Positions 54,237 through 63,808 of a stretch of DNA of 64,000 nucleotides are shown one piece after another. The DNA comes from an uncultured Pseudomonadales bacterium (GTDB taxonomy: Bacteria; Pseudomonadota; Gammaproteobacteria; Pseudomonadales; Azotimanducaceae), in contig CAZSYU010000004.1 in assembly GCA_964611345.1 (NCBI GenBank), forward strand, positions 17,620 to 81,619. Direction: 5' to 3'. Position numbers and translations under genes: made by a program. Position 1 is the first letter of the stretch. Each line of letters starts with the position of its first letter. Below the pieces are notes generated by a model. That model did not search any database and was not told where the DNA came from. It saw only the letters and a program-made list of their open reading frames with translations.

Positions 54237-55424
54237 CTATGCTGAGCGCAGGCCGAGTGGGGAAACCTCCGCATCGTAGTCAACGCCATCAAATCCAAAC
54301 CCGAAGATCCGCAAAAAATCTTCGCGAAACCCCGCAAGGTCGGATAGCTCCAAAACATTTTCCGTGTTCACGCGCGGCCAGAGTTCTCTAACCGCGTCCT
54401 GAACTTTGTCGGTGAGCTCCCAATCGTCGTTGCGAATTCGACCCGCATCATCAAACTGGCCGCGCATCGCACCAAAAAGCTTTTCTCGAAACAACCGATC
54501 AATGTGCGCAATAACAGATTCATGCACACCCTGATCTTTCATTACCTTAAATACCAGAGATGCGTAGAGTGGCACAACCGGTATCGCCGAACTCGCCTGG
54601 GTAACCACCGCCTTTAGCGTCGCCACGCGCGCATCACCATTCACATTCGTCAGCCGCTCGCGCAGAGCACTCGCAGCACGATCGAGATCTTCCTTCGCCT
54701 TACCCAGCGTACCGTGCCAGTAAATTGGCCATGTCAGGTCACTGCCGATGTAGTTGTACGACACCGTGGAAAAGCCATCGGCCAGTACACCCGCTGCATT
54801 TAGCGCATCAACCCAAAACTCCCAGTCTTCGCCGCCCATCACTGCAACGGTATTAGCGGTCTCTTCTTCATCAGCCGGTTCAAAGTCGGTCTCGTACACC
54901 TCGCCTTTTTCGACGTTAATCGTTTTAACGTGGTGCGTTTCTCCCAGCGGCTTAATCACCGACCGATGCAACACTCCCGTTTTAGGGTGCTGGCGAACTG
55001 GCGATGCCAGGCTGTATACCAGCAGATCGATCTGCCCAAGGTCAGCCTTGATTAAATCGACAACAGACTGCTTCATCTCGTCGCCAAAGGCATCACCATC
55101 GAGCGTTTTGGCATACAACCCAGCCTCTTTGGCCTCTGCATCGAAGGCCGCGTTGTTGTACCAGCCTGCAGTTCCTGTTTTCTTTTCAGTGGGTGCTTTC
55201 TCAAATGACACGCCGATGGTTGCAGCACCCGCACCAAAACCACTCACCACCCGTGAGGCGAGACCGTAACCACCAGAACACCCCAACACCAAAACACGCT
55301 TGGGACCATCTGCCAGCACCCCGTTGGCCTGCACAGTTTTAATTTGTTCGTTAACGCTGGCAGCACAGCCCGTTGGATGGGCCGTTGTGCAAATAAAGCC
55401 GCGGATGCGTGGTTTGATAATCAT
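54237..55424 (-). CDS. fabV: Enoyl-[acyl-carrier-protein] reductase FabV (trans-2-enoyl-CoA reductase family)
   Basis: The N-terminus MIIKPRIRGFICTTAHPTGC is diagnostic of FabV/TER; 395 aa. The ATG overlaps the upstream TGA. Confidence 0.9.
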   Translation of the reverse strand: MIIKPRIRGFICTTAHPTGCAASVNEQIKTVQANGVLADGPKRVLVLGCSGGYGLASRVVSGFGAGAATIGVSFEKAPTEKKTGTAGWYNNAAFDAEAKEAGLYAKTLDGDAFGDEMKQSVVDLIKADLGQIDLLVYSLASPVRQHPKTGVLHRSVIKPLGETHHVKTINVEKGEVYETDFEPADEEETANTVAVMGGEDWEFWVDALNAAGVLADGFSTVSYNYIGSDLTWPIYWHGTLGKAKEDLDRAASALRERLTNVNGDARVATLKAVVTQASSAIPVVPLYASLVFKVMKDQGVHESVIAHIDRLFREKLFGAMRGQFDDAGRIRNDDWELTDKVQDAVRELWPRVNTENVLELSDLAGFREDFLRIFGFGFDGVDYDAEVSPLGLRSA

Positions 55425-56491
55425 AGAGAGTCCTTAGTAAGCGCGGCCATAATACCCACGTCGGTCGCGTAACGCATGGTTGCCGTCAGGTCGGGTACCC
55501 ACGGTCCATCACGAGACAGCTGCACCCGGGCGACACCAGTTTCTGCAAGTTTGTGGTCCCGATCGCCATCACAGGCAATCACACCCGGGCCCTGAAACAA
55601 CACAGGCAAGCCAAAGGGTGTAATGTGCCAGTCGTCTATACCTACAGTGGCGAACAAACCTGGCGACAGAGGTGCATGCACAGTGCTCGCTGCAGTAGCT
55701 GCGGGCGCAAGATGTACGACCATGCCGGCATCTGCGGACTCGTCAACCACTTTTATGTATCCGCCAATCGGCGACATGCCCACCGCTTCGGGTTCTGCTC
55801 GCGATAAAAACAGCTGGGCAATCTTTGCTGCATCAAACGGCAGCAGGTTACCCGTGTGATCGCGGCGCATAAGCACCGCATCAATCAACGCAACGTCAGT
55901 GTCTCCATCTGGCAGTGTTAAATGCAAAACCTTGGAACGTTGCGCCAATGGCTTTGACTCCCCGCCCGCCTGAGTCACCGCCGAGCCAGGCGGTGGTAGC
56001 TGATCGCCCGCATAGAGGCCGGCAACCATTCCAGCGATCGTCGGCTCCGCTAGCAGCGGATAAACGTTATTGGTGCCGGTAGACAGTGGCACGAGTACAA
56101 CGTCTGCGTATTCCGGGTGTTTGTTCTGCTCACACAACAAGGCCCGCACCAATGCTCTATTAGTACCGTCACCACCCAGCGATACAAAACTGCGGCAGCC
56201 CGCTGCTAAATACGCAGCCAGGCTCTGTTCAGTATCGAGAGCCGTGTTTGTGAGAGGATGATCAACAACGTGTACCCGCGCCTGCAAGGGAATCTGTTCC
56301 AGGGCCGCAGCGGCAATGCGGAACGGCTCGCGTGTTACAAAAATATCGGTAACGCCCATGGCGTCAGCGCCGGTTGCGATGCGCGCAACAATGTCACGCT
56401 TTGCCTCATGCGTCATGGTACTCGCACGCCCGGCAAGGCGCCGCACATCGCGTCCAGACATTGGGTTAACGCAAATGCCCAGCGCCCGCAT
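55421..56491 (-). CDS. ATP-NAD kinase family protein (AcoX-like)
   Basis: GGDGT motif (SLGGDGTNRAL) and overall NAD-kinase/DAG-kinase-like pattern. The ATG shares 1 nt with the folA stop. Confidence 0.65.
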   Translation of the reverse strand: MRALGICVNPMSGRDVRRLAGRASTMTHEAKRDIVARIATGADAMGVTDIFVTREPFRIAAAALEQIPLQARVHVVDHPLTNTALDTEQSLAAYLAAGCRSFVSLGGDGTNRALVRALLCEQNKHPEYADVVLVPLSTGTNNVYPLLAEPTIAGMVAGLYAGDQLPPPGSAVTQAGGESKPLAQRSKVLHLTLPDGDTDVALIDAVLMRRDHTGNLLPFDAAKIAQLFLSRAEPEAVGMSPIGGYIKVVDESADAGMVVHLAPAATAASTVHAPLSPGLFATVGIDDWHITPFGLPVLFQGPGVIACDGDRDHKLAETGVARVQLSRDGPWVPDLTATMRYATDVGIMAALTKDSL

Positions 56492-57036
56492 TAGCCCGCG
56501 GCCATTACTCTGCAGTAATGCAAAAAACTATACGCATAGGCGTGCCGATCGTCTGGCTGAAAAGATTCCTCGCCGATGCATGTCCAGGCCGCGAGATCGA
56601 ACTCCGGGAAAAACACATCACCCTCAATAGAGGCATCCACCTGGGTGACAAAGAGCTCATCTGCGAGCGCCAGACCTGCTGCATAGATTGCGCTGCCACC
56701 GCAAATGAAGCAGCGCTCACGCCCATCTTTCGCCGCTTGCGCCTTCGCTAGCACCACCGCCTCATCCAGGCTGCGCGCCAATAGCACATGACCCAAGCGA
56801 TCGGCAGCACCACCAAGATCACCAGAGGTGACGATGATGTTGGTTCGCCCAGGTAAGGCACCCCCCGTCGACTCGTAGGTGTTGCGCCCCATGATGATGG
56901 GCTGACCAAGTGTGGTGCGCTTAAAGTGCCGCAAATCTGCGGGCAAATGCCAGGGCAGCTTGTTGTCTTTGCCTATGACCCGGTTACGGCTCATGGCCCA
57001 GATCATCGCAACGCTCACATCAGCACTCTCTGTCAC
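56491..57036 (-). CDS. folA: Dihydrofolate reductase
   Basis: IWAMSRNRVIGKDNKLPWHLPADLRHFK aligns with E. coli FolA. The likely start is an internal GTG at 57018 rather than 57036. Confidence 0.9.
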   Translation of the reverse strand: MTESADVSVAMIWAMSRNRVIGKDNKLPWHLPADLRHFKRTTLGQPIIMGRNTYESTGGALPGRTNIIVTSGDLGGAADRLGHVLLARSLDEAVVLAKAQAAKDGRERCFICGGSAIYAAGLALADELFVTQVDASIEGDVFFPEFDLAAWTCIGEESFQPDDRHAYAYSFLHYCRVMAAG

Positions 57037-57055
57037 AGTTATTCAGCCCAGCTCG

Positions 57056-57850
57056 CTAAACCGCGATAGGCGCCTTGATGCCTGGGTCGGACGTATAGTT
57101 TTCAAGCGTAATATCGTCATAAGTGAAATCGTTGATCTCCCGGATGGCCGGATTCAACGTAAGCGTAGGCAACGCATGCGGGGAGCGCGCTAGCTGGCGA
57201 TCGGCCTGCTCCAGATGATTGGCGTACAGGTGCGCATCACCCAACGTGTGCACAAAATCGCCAGGCTCAAGGTCACAGACCTGGGCCACCATCAATAGCA
57301 GTAGTGCGTAGGATGCGATGTTAAAGGGTACGCCCAAAAATACATCAGCACTGCGCTGATAGAGCTGACAACTCAACTTGCCGTTCGCCACATAAAACTG
57401 AAACATGGTGTGGCACGGCGGCAACGCCATGTCATTCACCTCAGCGACATTCCACGCGCTAACGATATGGCGACGGGAGTCGGGATTGTTTCGAATGCTG
57501 TCGATCACCAGGGCAATCTGATCAATGTGCTCGCCAGCGGGTGTGGGCCAGGATCGCCATTGCGAACCATAAACAGGCCCAAGGTCACCGTTTTCGTCGG
57601 CCCACTCGTCCCAAATATGCACATTGTGCTCAAGCAAGTAACCAATGTTGGTTGCACCCTGCAGAAACCACAACAGTTCGTGCACGATGCCTTTCATGAA
57701 AACCTTCTTGGTGGTCACCAGCGGAAATCCTGCACTCAGATCGAACCGCATCTGATGCCCAAACACGCTATAGGTGCCTGTACCCGTGCGGTCAGATTTA
57801 AAGGTGCCTGTGTCGCGAATGGTGCGCATCAGGTCTAGGTATTGTTTCAT
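57056..57850 (-). CDS. thyA: Thymidylate synthase
   Basis: 264 aa from ATG 57850 ([15 protein letters not shown]...) with the catalytic ALPPCH motif. The 105-codon upstream extension in the track overlaps lgt and is not ThyA-like. Confidence 0.95.
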   Translation of the reverse strand: MKQYLDLMRTIRDTGTFKSDRTGTGTYSVFGHQMRFDLSAGFPLVTTKKVFMKGIVHELLWFLQGATNIGYLLEHNVHIWDEWADENGDLGPVYGSQWRSWPTPAGEHIDQIALVIDSIRNNPDSRRHIVSAWNVAEVNDMALPPCHTMFQFYVANGKLSCQLYQRSADVFLGVPFNIASYALLLLMVAQVCDLEPGDFVHTLGDAHLYANHLEQADRQLARSPHALPTLTLNPAIREINDFTYDDITLENYTSDPGIKAPIAV

Positions 57851-58686
57851 GCAGAACCTTGTAACGGCTGGGCGCGGCTGCGCAGCAGCAGCACAATACC
57901 AGCGATAACCATGGGGATCGATAACAGCTGACCCATGGATAACCAGTCGAAGGCGACAAAGCCAATGCCAAAATCGGGCTGCCGGAAAAACTCCGTACTG
58001 AACCGGAACACCCCATACCCGAGCAAGAACAGCCCGCTGATAGCACCCCGGCGGCGCGGTGCGCGGCTGAACCACCAGAGCAACAAAAACAGCAAGAGAC
58101 CCTCCGTAAACGCCTGATAAAGCGGCGATGGATGACGCAGCACCTGTTCCCATTGGCCGGTGCATGACAGATTGAGGTTGTGGACCGCAGTGCAGGGGTA
58201 ATAGAAGCCAAATGCAGAGTCGGTCACCCGTCCTGGCAGCTCTGTATTAATGAAATTCGCCATCCGGCCAAACCCGATCCCCGGCGGGCACAGCGGCGCC
58301 ATGAAATCGGCAACCTGCAAAAAGCTGCGGCCGGTTTTGCGGCCAAACAGGAAAAACCCGGTCAGCACACCCAACAGCCCGCCATGGAACGACATGCCAC
58401 CATCCCAGACCCGAAACAGCCACAGCGGATCCTCGAGAAAGCGCTCGAAGCCATAGAAGAAGACAAACCCAAGACGCCCACCCAGCACCGCGCCAAGGGC
58501 GCCATAAAACACCAGATCACCTACCTCATCTTTTGACCAGGCCTCACCGGTCGCCGATAGCCGCGCAGCGCGACCTGTGCCTAACCACCAGCACAATGCA
58601 AAACCTGCCAGGTAAGACAGTCCGTACCAGCGGATAGCGAGCGGGCCCAGGCTCACAATCACGTTGTCCATTAAGGGGTAGTACAT
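57847..58686 (-). CDS. lgt: Prolipoprotein diacylglyceryl transferase
   Basis: [14 protein letters not shown] and [11 protein letters not shown] motifs. The stop overlaps the thyA ATG (ATGA). Confidence 0.95.
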   Translation of the reverse strand: MYYPLMDNVIVSLGPLAIRWYGLSYLAGFALCWWLGTGRAARLSATGEAWSKDEVGDLVFYGALGAVLGGRLGFVFFYGFERFLEDPLWLFRVWDGGMSFHGGLLGVLTGFFLFGRKTGRSFLQVADFMAPLCPPGIGFGRMANFINTELPGRVTDSAFGFYYPCTAVHNLNLSCTGQWEQVLRHPSPLYQAFTEGLLLFLLLWWFSRAPRRRGAISGLFLLGYGVFRFSTEFFRQPDFGIGFVAFDWLSMGQLLSIPMVIAGIVLLLRSRAQPLQGSA

Positions 58687-58745
58687 GGGCGCTTTGCCTC
58701 CCGGCAGGCTAAACTGCGCCGCTATTTGTTACACGGTACGCAGAT

Positions 58746-59534
58746 GTGTGCTTAATCCTGTTGTCGTTTCAACCCGACGCACCTCAACCGCTGGTGGTGG
58801 CCGCTAATCGTGATGAATTCTACGCGCGACCGGCATTGGGCGCACACTACTGGAGCGATAACACAGACATATTTGCTGGCAGAGACTTAACGGCTGGTGG
58901 CACCTGGCTCGGCACCACCAAAAGCGGCCGGTTCGCCGCCCTGACCAATTTCTCGGCCGGCGACCCCCCGCGCGACTATCCCCAGTCGCGAGGCGCCCTG
59001 GTTGCCGATTTTCTGGGTTCGGCACAAAGCGCAGAAGCGTACGTTGCCGGGCTAAAGGGCGAACAGTATGCAGGCTTCAACCTGTTGGTGTTTGACGGTA
59101 CAACCCTGTGCTACGCCAACAACAAAGGCTTCGACAATCAGGTGCTGGCACCGGGCGCCTATGGACTGAGTAATGCAGAGCTGAGCGCCGCATGGCCCAA
59201 GGCCGCAGAGGGCGCCGCCGCACTTGGCGATCTGGTAAACACTCCGGGCGACAAACACGACCCAGACATCCCGGCACTGCTCGCTGTGCTTGGCGACACC
59301 ACACCACCGCCTGACCACCGCCTGCCGCAGCGGCAACACTTGCAGGATGCGCCAATCGAAACCCGCAGGGCGTTGGCGGCTCGCTTTATCGAGGGTGACG
59401 ACTACGGTACCCGCGCAATGTCCATTCTAAAATTCTCTGCCGCCCATACTGATGTCTATGAACAACAGGTTGGACCGCACGGGAAGCTCGGTGGCGCTGT
59501 ATTTGCCCGCGTACCACGCTCCCACGCACCCTGA
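58746..59534 (+). CDS. NRDE-family (TANGO2-like, DUF833) protein
   Basis: N-terminus MCLILLSF...VVAANRDEFYARP is the family hallmark. Confidence 0.8.
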   Translation: MCLILLSFQPDAPQPLVVAANRDEFYARPALGAHYWSDNTDIFAGRDLTAGGTWLGTTKSGRFAALTNFSAGDPPRDYPQSRGALVADFLGSAQSAEAYVAGLKGEQYAGFNLLVFDGTTLCYANNKGFDNQVLAPGAYGLSNAELSAAWPKAAEGAAALGDLVNTPGDKHDPDIPALLAVLGDTTPPPDHRLPQRQHLQDAPIETRRALAARFIEGDDYGTRAMSILKFSAAHTDVYEQQVGPHGKLGGAVFARVPRSHAP

Positions 59535-59544
59535 GCGAACGCTG

Positions 59545-60408
59545 GTGCGAGTCTGCACTTATAACTGCATGAACCTGTTCGCCTGGACGGCCGAGCCACA
59601 AGAGCCCGTTAACCCGGCCAAGCCCCAGCGCGAAGTGAACGCACTGGCCAAAACTATCGACTGGGTAAACCCTGACCTGTTGTGCTTGCAAGAGGTGGGT
59701 TCACTTACTGCGCTGGAGGATATCAACAGCCTGCTCAAGCGCCCATTCCCCGAGGTTCGGCTGGCGGAAACCAACAGCAACCGGGGTATCCATCTGGGCT
59801 TTATGAGTCGCTACCCGTTGCGCCTGCATAGCCATCGCGACCTGCCGCTGCTGGACGAGACGCAACAGCCCTTGAGCGATCTCGCAAGCCCAACGGCCAC
59901 CGAGTTTTCAGAGTTAAAGCTACAGCGCGATATCGCCGTGGCCGAACTGGCACTTTCCCACCAACCCCCCGTGTTTGCGGCTAATCTGCACCTGAAGTCT
60001 GCTGGTAAACGGGCCTGGCAAACCTTGTCTCCATTAACCGTGCGTACCGCCGAATGTCAGGTGCTGGCTCAGGTTATTCGCAACTATCAAACACAGGCGC
60101 CCGACAGCCCGCTACTGGTCATGGGAGATTTCAATGACAATCCGACGAGCAGCGCCTTTGCAGCATTGGATAAACTGCCTGCGGGCACGCTGTTCGACCC
60201 GCTAATGCGCGAACTGGTGCCTGCGAACCCCAGGCTAAGCACGTATTGGCCCCGGCGTCGCACTCGCATAGATCGCATACTATTAAACGCGGTAGCAAAG
60301 CAGAGTTACCAGCTTGGCAGCATTAGACTGTGGGGCAATAAGCGCGCCGAGGTGGCGTCCGATCACTTTCCACTCAGCATTGACCTACGCTTTGATACGG
60401 GTTATTGA
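59545..60408 (+). CDS. Endonuclease/exonuclease/phosphatase (EEP) family protein
   Basis: (M)RVCTYNCMNLF N-terminus, LLCLQEV, MGDFND and SDHFPL motifs. GTG 59545 avoids the 83-nt overlap created by the track start at ATG 59452. Start uncertain. Confidence 0.75.
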   Translation: MRVCTYNCMNLFAWTAEPQEPVNPAKPQREVNALAKTIDWVNPDLLCLQEVGSLTALEDINSLLKRPFPEVRLAETNSNRGIHLGFMSRYPLRLHSHRDLPLLDETQQPLSDLASPTATEFSELKLQRDIAVAELALSHQPPVFAANLHLKSAGKRAWQTLSPLTVRTAECQVLAQVIRNYQTQAPDSPLLVMGDFNDNPTSSAFAALDKLPAGTLFDPLMRELVPANPRLSTYWPRRRTRIDRILLNAVAKQSYQLGSIRLWGNKRAEVASDHFPLSIDLRFDTGY

Positions 60409-60418
60409 CCTCTGCCCA

Positions 60419-60445
60419 GATAATGTTCTTGATAATGTTATTGAT
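60419..60445. promoter_or_regulatory. Fur-box-like hexamer array GATAAT-GTTCTT-GATAAT-GTTATT-GAT upstream of the prolyl oligopeptidase gene
   Basis: Read directly. It resembles the GATAAT-repeat interpretation of the Fur box and ends 27 nt before ATG 60472. Binding is not established. Confidence 0.25.
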
Positions 60446-60471
60446 GCTGACAAACCACCGGAACTCTCCTA

Positions 60472-62724
60472 ATGAAACCAATCGTCTCCCATTTTCACAG
60501 TTGGCAATCGAACTCTACCGGCAGGTGTGCACAAGCTATTACGCTGGCGTTTTTTGGCACGGCCGCCAGCTTGGCCGGCTGCAGCGGCGTGCCCACAACA
60601 CCGAGCGAAACTACACCGAGCGAAACTCAAGCACTCGCTGCTGCGCAGATCGCAACAGGCACGGTAGAAGATAACTACCACGGCACGCTGGTGGCCGACC
60701 CTTATCGCTGGCTGGAAGACGACGTCCGCGAAAGTGCCAGTGTGGCGACCTTCGTCGAAACTCAAAATGCGCGCAGCAGCAGCTATCTTGGCAAACTGCC
60801 GGGTCGCAGCGCCATCGAAGAGCGGATGACCAAGCTTTGGAACTACGCGCGGAGCTCGACGCCCAGAAAAAAGGGCGGCCGCTATTGGTACAGCCACAAT
60901 GACGGACTGGCTAATCAGAGCCGTGTGCTGGCCGCTTCAATTGCCAATACCGATGGCGAGGTTATGCTCGACCCAAACCGTTGGTCTGATGATGGCACTG
61001 TTGCGCTTGCTGGCTACTGGCCAGACAACTCGGGCAGATACGTCGCCTATACCATTCAGGACGGCGGCACAGACTGGCGCATCGCCAAGGTGCGCGATTT
61101 GCGCACGGGTGAAGACACCACAGACGAACTACGCTGGTTAAAGTTCACGGCATTGGCATGGGCGGCGGATGGCTCAGGTTTTTACTACAGTCGCTACCCC
61201 GAACCAGATACATCTCAGCAGTTTCAATCTACTAATCTGAACAAGGCGGTGTACTTTCACACCCTTGGCACTGCGCAAGTCGACGATGAGCTGGTTTACG
61301 AAGACCCCGCGCACCCAGAACGCGGGTTCTTCCCGCAGCTTACAACAGACGGCAATTTTCTGGTAATCGTCTCATCCGTCGGCACCGATGATCGCTACGA
61401 AGTGTTTGTAGAAGATCTGCGCACAGGAGCCACTACTACCGGGGCCAAGAATCGCTCAAAACGGAATATTCGCAAGCTTGTCACTGGCTTCGAGTACGAC
61501 TACACATTGATAGGTAATCGCGGTGGCACGTTGTACTTCAGATCGAACAAGAGCGCACCGCTCGGTTCTGTGCTGGCCTTTGACCTCGATTCGCCGGATC
61601 AGACCCAACAGGGTGTTGTGGTGATTCCAGAAAGCACAGCCACACTGCAAGGCGGTTCTCTCGTAGACGATACGCTGGTCTTAAACTATCTGGTCGACGC
61701 CGCGTCGACGGTAAAGCTGTTCGATCTTGAAGCCGAAACCGCCAGTACGCTTGAACTGCCGGGCATCGGTAGCGTTTCGGGGTTTCCCAACAATACAGAC
61801 GGCGCCGAGACATTCTACAGCTTCTCCAGCATGACCACGCCGCCTTCAACCTTTCGGCTCGACGTTGCAACCGGCAAGTCCACACTGGTTCGCCAGCCCG
61901 AACTCGCGTTTGATCCAGAGGATTATCAGGTACAGCAAACGTTCTACACTTCCAAGGATGGAACCAGAGTTCCGCTGTACATTGCGAGCAAAAAAACGAC
62001 AGCGCTCAAAAATGCACCTACTCTTTTGTACGGTTACGGCGGGTTCAATATTTCGCTGACGCCCAGGTTTTCTGTGACTCAACTCGCCTGGATGGAGTTG
62101 GGCGGTGTCTACGCTCAGGCCAACCTGCGCGGCGGCGGCGAATACGGCGAAGCCTGGCATAAGGCTGGAACAAAACTGCAGAAGCAGAATGTGTTTGACG
62201 ACTTCATCGCAGCCGCGCAGCACCTGATCCAAGAGGGCATCACCACACCAGCCAGGCTGGGTATTCACGGCCGCAGCAACGGCGGTCTACTCGTCGGCGC
62301 TGTGGTTAACCAACGACCTGAACTATTCGGCGCCGCACTACCGGGCGTAGGTGTAATGGACATGCTGCGGTTTCATCAATTCACAGCAGGGCGATTCTGG
62401 ACGGACGATTACGGCTCTGCGGACAATCCGGAAGAATTTAAGGCTCTATTTGCCTATTCCCCATATCACAACATTACTGCCGGCAAGACCTACCCCCCGA
62501 TACTCGTTACCACGGCAGATACTGATGATCGAGTCGTACCGGGGCACAGTTTCAAGTACGCCGCACGGCTACAGGCGACCGATACCGGAGACGCACCTGC
62601 GCTATTGCGTATCGAAACACGTTCGGGTCATGGCGCAGGCAAGCCAACAAGCAAACGTATTGCCGAGTTTGCCGACATGTGGGCTTTCCTGGCATTTCAT
62701 CTCGACTTAAAAATCGACGAATAG
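60472..62724 (+). CDS. Prolyl oligopeptidase (S9A) lipoprotein
   Basis: Lipobox LAGC. N-terminal propeller region, catalytic GRSNGGLL serine motif, and a C-terminal DDRV ... GHG region. Confidence 0.9.
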   Translation: MKPIVSHFHSWQSNSTGRCAQAITLAFFGTAASLAGCSGVPTTPSETTPSETQALAAAQIATGTVEDNYHGTLVADPYRWLEDDVRESASVATFVETQNARSSSYLGKLPGRSAIEERMTKLWNYARSSTPRKKGGRYWYSHNDGLANQSRVLAASIANTDGEVMLDPNRWSDDGTVALAGYWPDNSGRYVAYTIQDGGTDWRIAKVRDLRTGEDTTDELRWLKFTALAWAADGSGFYYSRYPEPDTSQQFQSTNLNKAVYFHTLGTAQVDDELVYEDPAHPERGFFPQLTTDGNFLVIVSSVGTDDRYEVFVEDLRTGATTTGAKNRSKRNIRKLVTGFEYDYTLIGNRGGTLYFRSNKSAPLGSVLAFDLDSPDQTQQGVVVIPESTATLQGGSLVDDTLVLNYLVDAASTVKLFDLEAETASTLELPGIGSVSGFPNNTDGAETFYSFSSMTTPPSTFRLDVATGKSTLVRQPELAFDPEDYQVQQTFYTSKDGTRVPLYIASKKTTALKNAPTLLYGYGGFNISLTPRFSVTQLAWMELGGVYAQANLRGGGEYGEAWHKAGTKLQKQNVFDDFIAAAQHLIQEGITTPARLGIHGRSNGGLLVGAVVNQRPELFGAALPGVGVMDMLRFHQFTAGRFWTDDYGSADNPEEFKALFAYSPYHNITAGKTYPPILVTTADTDDRVVPGHSFKYAARLQATDTGDAPALLRIETRSGHGAGKPTSKRIAEFADMWAFLAFHLDLKIDE

Positions 62725-62752
62725 AAGCTACGGGCGGTTTCAGGCGCATACT

Positions 62753-63586
62753 TCAAGCACAGAGCCCACCATCGATCACCAATTCGGTGCCGGTCATGTA
62801 GGAGGACTCGTCGCTCGCGAGAAACAAAACGCCATTCGCAATGTCTTCAGGCTGACCGAGGAGGCCGTTTGGCACTGTCTGGGCCATTGCATCAAGGTCA
62901 ACTGTGTTTTGACCGTCGGTGTGGAACTCCGGATTCACCTTGTCCCATATAGGCGTATTGATGATGCCGGGGTGCACCGAGTTCACTCGCACATTCCAGC
63001 GATTTTGCGCGCACTCGAGCGCAACGCCTTTGGTCAGCAAGCGCACTCCACCTTTGGTTGCATTATAGGCGGCGAGATTTGCTGCACCTTTTATACCTGC
63101 GACCGATGAAATATTAATAATGGATCCGCCGCCGCTATCACGCATAACGGGGATGCTGTGCTTGAGACCAAGAAACACACCATCCAGATTAATAGCCTGT
63201 TGACGTTGCCAGTCAGCGAGCGACATCTCGATGATGCTGCCGCCAACACCAATGCCTGCATTATTTACGAGAATATCAAGGCGGGAGTACCTGGCCTGGG
63301 TGCTTGCCACAACGGCTTGCCAGGCTGACTCATTGGTCACATCGTGTTCAATAAAGAGTGCATCGCCACCAGCAGCGGTTAGTGCGGCAGCAACTTCAGT
63401 GCCAGCTGTACTTTGAATATCGGTGATAACAACGGCGGCACCCTCAGCGACAAGGCGGCTGGCGCAGCTTAGGCCAATTCCAGAGGCTCCGCCGGTAACA
63501 ATGGCTACCTTTCCGGCGACCCTTCCAACTTCCTTTTTCTGCGCTTTCGGTTTTTTCAACTTCTGCACTCCTCGAACTTTGCTCAA
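62753..63586 (-). CDS. Short-chain dehydrogenase/reductase
   Basis: VAIVTGGASGIG, NNAGI and YNATKGG (YxxxK) motifs. The Lys-rich N-terminal extension and TTG start are uncertain; in-frame GTG and TTG alternatives lie a few codons in. Confidence 0.85.
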   Translation of the reverse strand: MSKVRGVQKLKKPKAQKKEVGRVAGKVAIVTGGASGIGLSCASRLVAEGAAVVITDIQSTAGTEVAAALTAAGGDALFIEHDVTNESAWQAVVASTQARYSRLDILVNNAGIGVGGSIIEMSLADWQRQQAINLDGVFLGLKHSIPVMRDSGGGSIINISSVAGIKGAANLAAYNATKGGVRLLTKGVALECAQNRWNVRVNSVHPGIINTPIWDKVNPEFHTDGQNTVDLDAMAQTVPNGLLGQPEDIANGVLFLASDESSYMTGTELVIDGGLCA

Positions 63587-63610
63587 AGAGGGAGTGTGCC
63601 AAAGAATAGT

Positions 63611-63808
63611 TTAGGGCGCGCCCCTGGACTCGCCGCTGCCTTTTTGCTCTTTCTTAATGCGCTCGTAAATCTCTTCACGATGAACTTCTACTTCACGCGG
63701 CGCATCAACACCAATTCGAACTTGATTACCATTGACACCAAATACCGTAATAACGACATCTTCGCCAACTCGAACTCGCTCGCCTGGCTTTCTGGTCAGT
63801 ATCAGCAT
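63611..63808 (-). CDS. csrA: Carbon storage regulator (translational repressor)
   Basis: [51 protein letters not shown] 63808 is preceded by GAGGAGG. The track ORF is 11 codons longer. Confidence 0.95.
   Translation of the reverse strand: MLILTRKPGERVRVGEDVVITVFGVNGNQVRIGVDAPREVEVHREEIYERIKKEQKGSGESRGAP

Noticed and set aside
57851-58165. 105-codon N-terminal extension of thyA in the ORF track, and the 137-aa ORF at 57798-58211.
   Set aside because: ThyA homology begins exactly at MKQYLDL (ATG 57850), giving the canonical 264 aa. The extension overlaps lgt, which is clearly coded in another frame of the same strand.
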